From Bispira polyomma (Eukaryota), in NCBI GenBank assembly GCA_965649765.1, contig OZ287754.1, forward strand, positions 682,001 to 746,000: a DNA stretch of 64,000 bases. Direction: 5' to 3'. Every line of letters starts with the position of its first letter. Position 1 is the stretch's first letter. Under the pieces are notes generated by a model. The model did not search any database and had not been told where the DNA came from. It was given only the letters and a program-made list of their open reading frames with translations. A program made the position numbers and the translations under genes. Positions 25,463 through 36,789 of this stretch are shown here, piece by piece.

Positions 25463-26930
25463 AAGTTGGTGTAATTTTTATTATGTTTAATACCAAACTG
25501 TACAAAGTCCATAGTCAGTGTGTAGACTTCATTTCATGTAACCAACACTGTGTACAAATATTACCAATATTATAGTACAAACACCTATATTTTAGGTGAA
25601 CAAAAATAACTCACAGTTATAAGCTTCCACCAGTTTGCAGTTCCTGTTGAGTGTGTTTTTCAGTTTCTAGATAAGAGATATTAATGGAGTCAAAAAATTA
25701 ATGTAAGGTAAAAAAATTGACACACCTTTCTCTTTTGCCCCCCCCCCCCCCCCCCCCCCCCTCAGTGGTCACAGCTTTCTCCCCTTAAACCCTCCCCCCC
25801 CCAAAAAAAAAAAAAAAAAAAAAAAACTTCTCCTCCTGAGATCACCCTTTTACAATTGATATGTTTTGCCAGTGTTTTATAAGACTCTACACAATCATCG
25901 ACACACACGCAGAAACCTTGAAAAAGATACAAAATTTCAAATATAAAATTGAACACAGAAAAAAAAATTATCATTTGGGCAAAAACATATTTAAAAAAGA
26001 GGAGGAGGTGGGGATAATGATATGGATGGTGTTTTTCTGTGTGATTGTGTGGTACAAAAGGGCGTATCTGTGTAGTTCTGTAGAGACTTGTTTATACAGC
26101 CTTCTATCGGTAAGATGGACCTAGTCCCAAGGTGTTACCAGTCCCTATTGTATCTCGGCTACTTTGATGGCGGGGGAGGGCACACCATTAACTGGCAGCA
26201 TATGGTTTTGATGCCAGCAGTTTGGACTGACTCTCTCTAGAATATAGAAGATCTCTTTGGCCTCAAGTTGTTTGTTATTTCAAGAAGAAGAAGACAGTAG
26301 TGGTGGTGGTGGTGTGAGAGTACATGTGGGTCAGCATTATCATAAAGCTTGTGATTAGATCACAAAATCTGATTGTCTGCCGTCCCCCCCCCCCCCCCCC
26401 CCCACACACACACACTAAAACAGTTTTACATACAGGTGCCATACACACAACACAGCACGCTTAGTCCACGAGCCACGCATGCGCACTGGGACGTGGGATT
26501 CAAAAATCTTGTATGTAAGTAACAGGTGACGTCCCCCCCCCATGCCTTTTTTGGGGGGTGGGGGTTGGGGGGGACTGTGACGTCACAACCATTGTTTACT
26601 ACTGAACTTAAACTACATCACAAAGACATCAACCCTGACTGGAATGTCCTCATGTAAGGTTTATGACTTGCATCTTATATTTATTTCTTCATTTATTTTA
26701 TTATGGTTACATGCACACTTATTTATATAACAATACATTACCACATAAATATGGTTGCTTTATAAGTCGCATTCATTTGTTAAATGTTTTTGTTGTCTGA
26801 CAGATACATTTCACATTTGTAGTATTTTGCAGCTACTAAATATCACCTAACCAAATTTGACTTTTTATTTTTGCAAGTGTTTTTACATTATACTTATGTT
26901 TAAAACTTTAGGTCAGACTCAAAATTAGAA

Positions 26931-27312
26931 TGAATAATCTGTCCCTATTTAGTGAGGTTTCTTGCTGATATTTGGACGGCTGAATCACGAAAAGGGACAG
27001 AACGGCTTGCATAATAAAACGATGTAAATCAAAATCGGCATATATAGAGACAGAATCTGGTAAAAATAAATACATCCCCTTTATCCTTATATATGATATA
27101 GTAGCTGATTTTGTGTTATATCATGCCCATATAGTACGTAAAAATTAATATAAAATAAAAACAAAACCATATACACTGGTTTAACACTGTCGGCCATGTT
27201 ACGTCAGGCTAAATTTACAACGTTTTCCTTATGCAAGCCGTTCTGTCTCTTTTCGTGAGTCCGTTGTCACAATAACATCAAGGAACCTCGTTAAATAGGG
27301 ACAGATTATTCA
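26931..27312. mobile_element. Foldback/MITE with about 100-bp TIRs
   Basis: TGAATAATCTGTCCCTATTT...GACAGAACGGCTTGCATAA is mirrored at 27213-27312. Confidence 0.8.
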
Positions 27313-27647
27313 GTTTATCTTTAAATGTGAACCATTAACTTATTTGGGTAATCATTCAAAGTTTGCTGCAAACATGAAATGTATTGATATCCTTGATTTC
27401 TATCAGAATGTACCTCACATATTTGACCATATAGATGGCTGTCACACCAATATTATGTCAACTCTTCTTGTAAGTCTTGTTACTTGTGTCACTTAGACAC
27501 AACCATCAAACCATCAAACACATCAGATCAGTGCTATATTTTAGAAACAGGTAACACAGTTTAATCGAGTACATCAAGAAACGATCCTACAAAAATGGCC
27601 AAATGTGGCCTATTTTAAGCGACCAGATTCACTAAAGTTGAATTTTA

Positions 27648-27837
27648 GAATGAATGTCAAATGAAGATCAAGATAAGGTAAATCCAAAGCAAAGCCAGTA
27701 CAGGCAACAAAGTTAATGATTTCATTTTAACATTTTATTTTAGAATCAGTTAACAATGCATACCTCATATATAGTGTTGCCTTTACTTGGTTTGCTTTGG
27801 ATTAACCTTATCCTGACCTTCACCTGACCTTCATTCT
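27648..27837. repeat. Inverted repeat with about 60-bp arms, probable MITE
   Basis: GATAAGGTAAATCCAAAGCAAA...AGGCAAC / GTTGCCT...TTTGCTTTGGATTAACCTTATC. Confidence 0.65.
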
Positions 27838-29037
27838 CCTTCAATTACCCTAACTCTACTTTCCATTAGCCTCAAATAGTGGCATACTAATAGGTAGTGG
27901 GTTTTTGGACTATGACACTTTCACTTCTATAGTGTCTTTAATATATAGTGTCCTCCTCACTATCAAATGTAATTTGCAAACAATTTATATAAATTGATTA
28001 CTATACTAGGCTGTTGGGTAAAATCCTGAATCGTGTACAGCTAATTAGAGGCAATATAGTCATGGTTTAGGTATGTTAGGTATGTTAGGTATGTACCTGT
28101 ATATACTAGTAACAACAGGTCTTTAATTACCCCTTCCTTTCTCTAACGTCTAGAGTTAAGAATCAATAGCATTCAATATGTGTAAATCAATGTTTAGGTA
28201 AAGGTGCTTCTTCAAAAGCTGTGAAATGCTGTCTTTGTGAACCATCGATTCCTTGTAACAGCTTGCATTAAAACTGCTTCTGAGTTGTTTCAGTGTAGCT
28301 AAGAAACTATTTGAAAGTAAATAATTTATTGATAATTCTTGACTTGAGTGGCTAACTTAAGTTAGTATAGTGATATACAATAACCAATACATATTAATAT
28401 CCCAAATGTTAATGTTCCTTTGGGGAAGATTTGTATGAAAAATATTCAGACTCTGATTTGATGCAATTAACACACGAGGAAAAATTATTATAATACATAA
28501 AAATCCTACAAGACAATTAGTAAATTATTTGAGGCTTACTTGGCAATTAATGAAAGACACCTTGTATATAGAAGAAGTATGTTACTATGGCTACATGTAC
28601 ACTCTATAAGCCCATACTGGGTCAATGAATGAAAATTATATGTTGTATAATAAATAGTCTCATGTGGTATGTCGTATCTGAACTCATACCCCCAGTTGTG
28701 AAGGTTCACATATGTCTAGGAGTCATTTATGTCATCTTCTTTTGCCATCAAAAAGTTGTTTATTTTATAAAAAAAACTTCGTCAAGAAATGTTTACAAAA
28801 TCTCAACAAAGGAAACACCAAAATACGATGTAAGTCCAAAAGTCTGAAATAGAATTCCATTTAAAGACTTATATATCATTTATATACTAAATATGACCAA
28901 ATGTAAAGGTTTAAAACTGATAAAGGATGGACTATTAAATAAAAATGCGATATCAAGTACATTTAAATATTTTATATGTATACTACTAATATCTATAGAG
29001 TGAAACAAAATATGTTCCACAGTCAAAGGGCATTGAC

Positions 29038-29262
29038 TTTTAAATTGAGTTTTTTTACGTCGCTTTCAACAGCTTTGGCCATATCGCTGTGGTCAGATTT
29101 ATTGGTGGGAGAAACCAGTGCTGATGCCACTGTGTACACCACTGGGAAATGTCAAAGTACCTGACAAACTTTCCAATATGAAGGGAATAAATGGGATTCA
29201 AACCCACATTGATGAGAGGCCAGTGATTGTTAAGCAGGCACTTCTTACCACTGGGCCACCGT
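29038..29262 (-). mobile_element. tRNA-derived SINE
   Basis: Reverse complement of the same family. Confidence 0.8.
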
Positions 29263-30657
29263 GTCATAAGAGATACATAAAGGGGGTGGATGAACTTTCA
29301 ACAGAAAACAGTCTGCTATTGGTGACTCACCTATTCTGGTCCCAGAGCTTGTATGGTGGAAACTGTGGTGCTTTTCAAAGACGCTGTCAAATTCAAAGCT
29401 ATTATCAGCAAAATATATTTTTTGTGACTAACTTTTTAGTAAAATCCACCATAAGTATTGTTAAATTATCTAATGTAATCTAGTCCTATTAGGCGCTAAC
29501 GTTTTCCCTCTAGAAAAACTCAAAGCAACATGACATCCTAATCAAAGGCAAAATACATTATATGAGGAGCAGAGCCAACGGGGTCAACAAAAAGATAAGC
29601 ATTCAGCCAATGGAAAGGATAACTATGTTAGCAAGGTTTTAGAAGATGAGAGTTGATGTGTTTTCTAAAGGAAATGCTCCTTAATTCCAGAGTTAGAGAG
29701 CCATATGTGATGCTGATTTGTTATGAAATGGCTAGCTGGACTTTGCAATTTTGGTTAACCTGGAGACAAATGTTAGGGTTACTCATACAGGTATTCTGGA
29801 TGAATTGTGTGTATGAATTGTATAAAATGATGCTTCCATCTGGTTTTAGTCATTTATATCTACTAAGACACTGATTTTAAAGCCCTTGTCAAGTGAGTAA
29901 TTGATGATTTAGTATATTGTTATTTTTAACTATGGCAGCCTCAATTCTATTCCCTCTGTCTTTAGATGTACATGACAGTATTCAGATGTTTGATGGCCCC
30001 AAAAGTTTAGAGAAGCTAATTAGGCGAATGGAGACCATTAACAGGGTGTGGGTGGGTGTGTGGGGGTTTTCTACAAATTTATAACTCATTAAATGATATG
30101 GGACTATTTCAATAAGGGACCCAGTTTTCACAAACAGTCCGAGATCAAGAGTTGGAAGTACTTGAACAAACTTCAAACAGCTCCCCCCCCTCCCCCCTTG
30201 TTCAATAGATAGCTTAAATCGACATTAGTTCTACCCCAGTCACAAACACGGGTTAAGTAGATCTATTTTTTATAGATATATATGACACCCCCATAAGTCA
30301 GGTTTAAATACCCCGCCTAATTAGTGTGAGGACAGAAAATTCCTTCGGAATCAAAATTCATTATTTAACAGAAAGAAGATGAGTGTTTGTGATCATGGTT
30401 GTCTATATGTATTGTGATCTACAAACCCCCCCTTTATGGGTGTAAAACTAGGGTTAAATATCCAATACTAGATATACAGCATTATACACCAAACTACTCC
30501 AATTAATGTCCACTGAACTATACAGAAATACACAGTCCTTTGATCGGTATAGAAGAACTTTATAGCAAATAAATGATACAGAAATTTTCCATATTTCAGT
30601 GTTTGAGTTATTTTGGAGATTATGGATCCTAGTCTGATGAGCTTAATTTTAAGGGGC

Positions 30658-30891
30658 CAGGGGCCGTGTTCCCAAAAAGGTATCGGTCTGTACCGAGTCT
30701 GAAAGTCTTATTTGGCCGACAAATGTGAGGATTTTGATCTTATTCCCAGTGACAGTAGGAACAGATTTTTGGTTAGTGTTAACCTTGCTCTAAACACTAA
30801 GACAAACTGCAAGCAGTCTTAAATATTTTAGACATCAATGTTAATCTTAAGACTAAGTTAAGACTTAGACCTTTTGTAAATGTGATCCCAG
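30658..30891. mobile_element. MITE of the same TIR class
   Basis: CAGGGGCCGTGTTCCCAAAAAGG ... CCTTTTGTAAATGTGATCCCAG. Confidence 0.55.
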
Positions 30892-32009
30892 ATAGTTTAC
30901 AAAGCGATCACCACTCTGGTATAATTGGAACCCTAGGACCATCAAACCCTCTGATATCAATAGCCCCAGGCTGGATCTATCTCCAGGATATTTGTACATA
31001 AACACAGCTTAGAGATCTCATATTAAGGCAGCAATCTTTGAGGCTACAAACCTAGGTGTATTGTAGAGTTGTAAAGTTTTTGACCTAGGCGAAATGAGCA
31101 CTTAGAAAGCATTCTATTATAACTAGTGGCAGGAAACAGCATCCTCACCCCAGTAAATGAGAACTTAATAGATATCTGTAGCAATCTGACCTTCTTCCAA
31201 TTAATGTGTATGTACAATTCAAGGGCTACATGCTTTATTAGTCTGCCTAGGCCCCATATAGAATGCTGCCAACCCGGGGGAGTTTTTACCCATTCAACCC
31301 GTGCACTCCGGGACTATCATTAATTTTTCAATTTGTGTCTATTGTGGGTTTGGGGGCTTTTTTGATCAAGTGCTTATAATTGAGGGTAAGATAGATGATA
31401 ATTGTTACCAATTAGACAGGGAACAGGGGAGAAGTCAACATTTGGTGTGTGACTGTGTGAGTAGGTGTATGTGTGTATGGATGTGTGTGTATGTGTGCAT
31501 TCCCAGCTTAAGTTACACTCCCTAAAATATTTCACACACAGAGGGCCACGTAAACAGATACAGTTTCAACAAGACATGCACTTTGTTCATGGTTTTTAAC
31601 ATTTAATTACAACTATTTAAGGGAAACTTTACACCGAAGCATTTCTATAGAAGCTGAGATTCTATAGAACTAACACCTTTGAGGGTTGAGTTGTACTGGG
31701 GTGGATTGATGGGTATTAGACTGATGTAATCATCATGTCTGATTGATAACAAATTAAACCAGTCAGTACTAGAAATAGAAGACAAGAGAGGGACAGGGCT
31801 AGAGGTAACTTACCTGGCCTACAGAAAACCAGGGGCTGTATTTACAAAAGGTTTTAGTCTTAGAATTTGTTGTACGAAGGTTAAGCGCTATAAGAGTACG
31901 ACTAGATTAGATTAGGCTTAACATAGTCTTACGGTGAACATGTATGTCTACAATATATAAGACTGCCCGCTGTTAGTGTTAAGAACAAAGTTAATACTGA
32001 GCAAATATA

Positions 32010-33020
32010 GAAATCACTTTCATGCCATATCTGACAGTGATGTCCTTAAACTTATTACCTCCTCCCCTCTAAAATGCTGTAACTTACATCCCATGTTTCT
32101 GTTCTTCCGAATTGTCTGGACATTCTTTTTGTACCAATCACCAACATAGTAACCTTGTCACTCCTCGAAAGCAATTGTCCTACCTGTTTTGAAACCGTTT
32201 TTGTTACCCCTCCATTCAAGAAATCAAGCCTTCATAAAAATTTCAGACCAATTTCCAACCTAAGTTTTATTTACAAAATTATTAAAAAGTCTGTTGCTAT
32301 GCAGATGAATGAACACAATAAAAAAACAACAAGCAGCCAACCTATTCCAGTCTGACTATAGAAAACATAACTGCGAGTGCTCTAATATATACATATATAT
32401 GTAGTCATTGGACTTGGTCTCGACAAAATTACTGGTCTGACACTGCTGGACCCGTCAGCAGCTTTTGATACCACTGACCACAACATCCTAAAAGACACTC
32501 TGTAAGGAATTGGTTTGGCATTGAGGTCTCAACTTGGAGTGGATTGGTTCATACCTTGCCAACCGAAGCGTCAGAAATCTTACATCAGTACAGCTCTGTT
32601 TCTCAAAAGCCTCCACTGGCTACTTATCAAGTATTGCATCAATATCAATCTCACTGCACACAAAGCTGTCAACTTTTACCAGCCACCATATCTTGCCTTA
32701 TTGCTGTCTGTCAGCAGATCTAGTAGGAGAAAATTTCAGTCTCTGATACCAGTAACCGGATTGGATCTTATGGCTTCTCGGTTGCAGCACCAATGCTATG
32801 GAAAAATCTACCAGCCAATATAAGATCCCAGAACATCCTCTTTGGTTTCAAAAGCAACCTTAAGACCCATCTCTTCACCCTCGTTCACACTTCATAGACA
32901 TCTTAACCATCTACATCACCTCTCCGATTATGAATTTGCATTGGAAACGGATCACAATTTTAACAACTTTGTCAATGATGTTGTGCTAACAATAAGGCCC
33001 CGTTAAAAATGTACCATACT
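32010..33020 (+). mobile_element. Internally deleted L2/CR1 fragment
   Basis: FRPISNLSFI, LLD.SAAFDT and LHWL motifs plus a 3' end. Confidence 0.7.
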
Positions 33021-35789
33021 GTATCAATACCATTTAAAACTTCTTTTATCAACATCTTGAATATTGACTAGAATATGGAGTTAGTTGGGAGTGTTTTTAG
33101 AACTAGACAATTTCAGTAACTTGTATTGACTTGGTGTAGTTATATTTTATATATTTATTATGTCACTATAATAGATAAATAAAATGAATCTAGTATACCA
33201 CAGCCATGCAGGCTTATAGTTGGTGTTCAAAAGTCAGCTTTGTGAAACAACCATAAAACACTTCTCGTATTGTGACATCACACAATTTCAAATATATTTT
33301 AACAATGAATGTAAAATAGTAATCAATCGAGGATTCCTAGATTTGTCTCACATGGACCAAACCTTTAGGAGAATTCTATTTGAAAGGGATTACCGTTGTT
33401 AGATATGAGTGACTATTTGGTCACAAATTGTCATGATTTATGCTGTAAATATCCTTATTCATCTCGATATTGAAGAAATTTCTTCAAAGGCATCAAAATT
33501 CACATCAATATTTGATATGCCAGAATAAGTTTTACTAATCCAATCTGTTTGGGTCATATATTTTCTATCAATGTTTCAAATGATTAAAAGAAGCACCTTC
33601 AAACATATCGCTTTCTAATAGATGCAATGAATCAATAAATGAAAACCTTTAATGTATCTGTCAAAGTTTTTGGTCCATGAAGTTTTTAACATGTAAACAA
33701 ATATCAAAAGAAATCAAAGCCTCTGAACTATTAAGACATAAAAAATGTGGTTGTTGAAGCTATATGTATTTGTTTTGTATATGGGTTTCTAATCACCCTC
33801 CACCCCATACCCCGTCCTGACCCCTCCTAGAAGTCCAACAATTAGTTCAAGTGATTTGCATTAATAGCCCAAGTATTGTTAAACACTCAAGTAATGCTAT
33901 CAATGACCCCCCCCCTCCCCCCCACTCCCACACACAGACTGTATCTTTCAATAACATCACTTCATTTCACACCTAATTGCCCCTGCACACAATAACCACC
34001 CGACCCCCACCCACCCCTGCCTGACCAGCGCATTAACATATCTAAGTGAATATCACCCTTAATGTGCACCAATATTTGATCAAAGTCGGCACACATCACG
34101 CCTCGTTAACGCCCGAACCAATTGTCGGCTAATTCCGGTCATTTGGCGAGTGGTGAATTAGGGGAGAGAGTTAAGGGGGATGGGACTGTGTTTAAAGGAT
34201 TTAATAGAACAGGGTGATCAAAGGGGCTCCTCGATGTGGTGAGCGGTGATGTCTGTGATTGTTGTGTAGCATTAGATTAATGTTGTGATTGTTGGTGATA
34301 CCAGGATTAATTGGTGATGTAGTAAAATGAGTACTTCTGCGCATGTTCAGCACACCTATCTGACATTGTACCTCTGCAGTAAAACTGCTGCCATTCTCAT
34401 AGTTGAGAGCTCCATTTTAGAAGGAATAAAAAATATGTCCACTATTTTCATATTATTTTTTGATTATAGTAACATGTATAAATTACAATATCATAATATA
34501 AAACAAATATCAAGCTTTCGAACAGGCTTAGAAGTCACATTAAAAAATGTTATCAGAATGGTGAATGGTTAAAGCATAATAAAGTACTTTTTAAAGTTAT
34601 AGCAAATTTAATACATAAATAAGGGTTGCTATGATGCTATGACTGACTGTAAATTCAATTTTTGCAGTAAGGGGTTAGGAATAACCCAGTTTTTAGACTT
34701 TTTCTTTTATTCCAGATAATTTGAACATAATTAGCAAAGTATTTCACTCCCGACGCCATTGATTTAATAAACTGCTCATTTTAAGCCCAAAACTCAAAGT
34801 TAGGTACAACATTATTTGTGTGATAACGTTTCTTTTGTTTAGTTTCATATGCAGTGCAGCAACATAAAAAATTAGCTTTTGTATTCTATTAAATTCTTAC
34901 CATTACCTAACAGGTTCAACAGATTATTTAGAAGTCTGCAACTCGATTAATTTGAAAATTTTTAAGATATTTTTTGTTAGTACAATATCTGGACATCATG
35001 TATCTAACTTAATCTAGTCTCTGTAGACTCAAAGCATCATATATGACATCCTAATCATATGCTAAATTCATAACAACCTGAACATAAGGTCTACACCACT
35101 GAGCCCTGTACCCCACCCCTCATTTTTTTTGGAATAATCACCCGACTGGTGTTGCCAAGTTGGAGTAAAGCTATTGCACCTTATGCCAAGGCCCATATAT
35201 TCATAAATCACAAGCTAACATTTTCCCGGATTTACGATTTGTAATAAACTTCAGTCGTTATTGAGTAAAAGCATAGCGATAAGTGGAAAACATCGAACAA
35301 CTTTAGATAAGCTGCTTTAAGCCAAATTCTTGCATTCATGATTCAGAGCTACAAATAACTCCAATATGTGATGCTTCAGGATGAAGCTATGGCAATTTTA
35401 ACCCTCTCATGGCAAGGCCACGCCTATGTCCTAACAATGATTTAGGGTGGCAAAGTGTGTTAATGCAATACTATCCTAGGTATTCAGAGTTGCACTGTGA
35501 GAGTATTCTGGATCGTTCTTTATGCATGCCTTTCGGTAGGAATTGTCAATATTTGTGATATTCCATAGAAACAATTGTTGGTATGAAATGCCTCTGGAGG
35601 TCTATCAAACCGAGTTTTGTAGTCCCATTGCTAATCTGGGTGAGGTTTATGTCATTACAAATACCAACAGATAACACTCTTCTTTCAAAGGAGAGTAATA
35701 TACCACTGCAACCATTTCACAAAACAAGTTTGGAGGCGTGCTATGTATATTTTCAATGTGAAAATAAAGATTAAAATAAGAATAAAAAT

Positions 35790-35925
35790 TTTGTTTAAAA
35801 TCCACATCACTACTTTCAAAGCAGGTATCTCTCAACAGCCATCATACCTTGCTACTCACTTTTCCTTCAGTAAACGTAAGAGACAAACATCTTTTGTTTC
35901 CTCTGTAAAACCAACTAAGATAATA
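35790..35925 (+). mobile_element. L2 3' fragment, left part (host of the PLE insertion)
   Basis: FKIHITTFKAGISQQPSYLA matches the family at 58039-58404. Confidence 0.65.
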
Positions 35926-35965
35926 GTCAGAGTTAATACTTGGTGTGAGAGAAATTTGTTAATAG

Positions 35966-36044
35966 TCAAATTGCCTGATATATATCTATTATGTTGTATA
36001 TATTTCGACCTGAGGTATTGGTCAAAGGTCTCTTCAGAGGCTGA
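35966..36044 (-). ncRNA. Type I hammerhead ribozyme
   Basis: Minus strand reads UCA-GCCU-CUGAAGA-GACC..GGUC-GAAA-UAUAUA..UAUAUA-UC-AGGC-AAUU-UGA: intact core, three paired stems, AUC cleavage triplet at 35979-35977. Confidence 0.82.
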
Positions 36045-36789
36045 TGTGATATTTAGGATTTTTGCCCATTAGGTACAAAAACCTGCACTGTTGGGCACCG
36101 CCCATATAGGTGCAGAGGTGCAGAAGGTGCTGGGCGGTGCGGTAGGTGCCAGGCGGTGCAGGGTTTATTTAATTGGGAAAAAACTAGAAAAAACTTATTT
36201 TTCCATTTAAGGGTTGACCTTTTGAGTGTCATGAGGATTACAGCAGCCTGCAAAAAGGACCTCACACTGATCCTCCTTGAAGAGCTCAACACCAGATACA
36301 CTGAACTTAAAAGTGAAATCCAAACACTTTTAGCAGAGCTACAAAGCAAGCTCTCTCCTGACCAGTAGAGGCAAAACTGGATTTCAGAGAAGGCCACAGA
36401 GAGGCCCCCAAAGAGGCCCCTACAGACCAGTTAACAATACCCAACAACTCAACTTCCTTTTGAAGGGACTCAGTGACCTAATCAAGAAAAAATGATTACT
36501 CATTGTTAATCTCAAATACATTGTAATTGTTCAAATACATTGTAATTGTTTAAAGTTGTTCTTGTTACCACATTGTTATAACTTATTTTAATAAACCTGG
36601 CCCCCTCCAGAAACAGACAGAAAAGGTTTCTGGATTGCTTCAGGGAATATCATCACCCAGTTATTTAAAATAAAAAATAACCCACATTTTTTCTTTCCCT
36701 CATTTCATCTCCATGGTTACCCAAATCGGTGCCAATCGGTGCTAATTTATGCACCTCAGTGAAAACTTCTGGTTAAACCTTGTCTCAAA

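Noticed and set aside
16335-26880. Inverted copies of a roughly 80-bp sequence (16340-16418 and 26778-26875) bracketing the bHLH gene, as a possible composite transposon
   Set aside because: Short, diverged and without TSDs; best explained as independent copies of a dispersed repeat.
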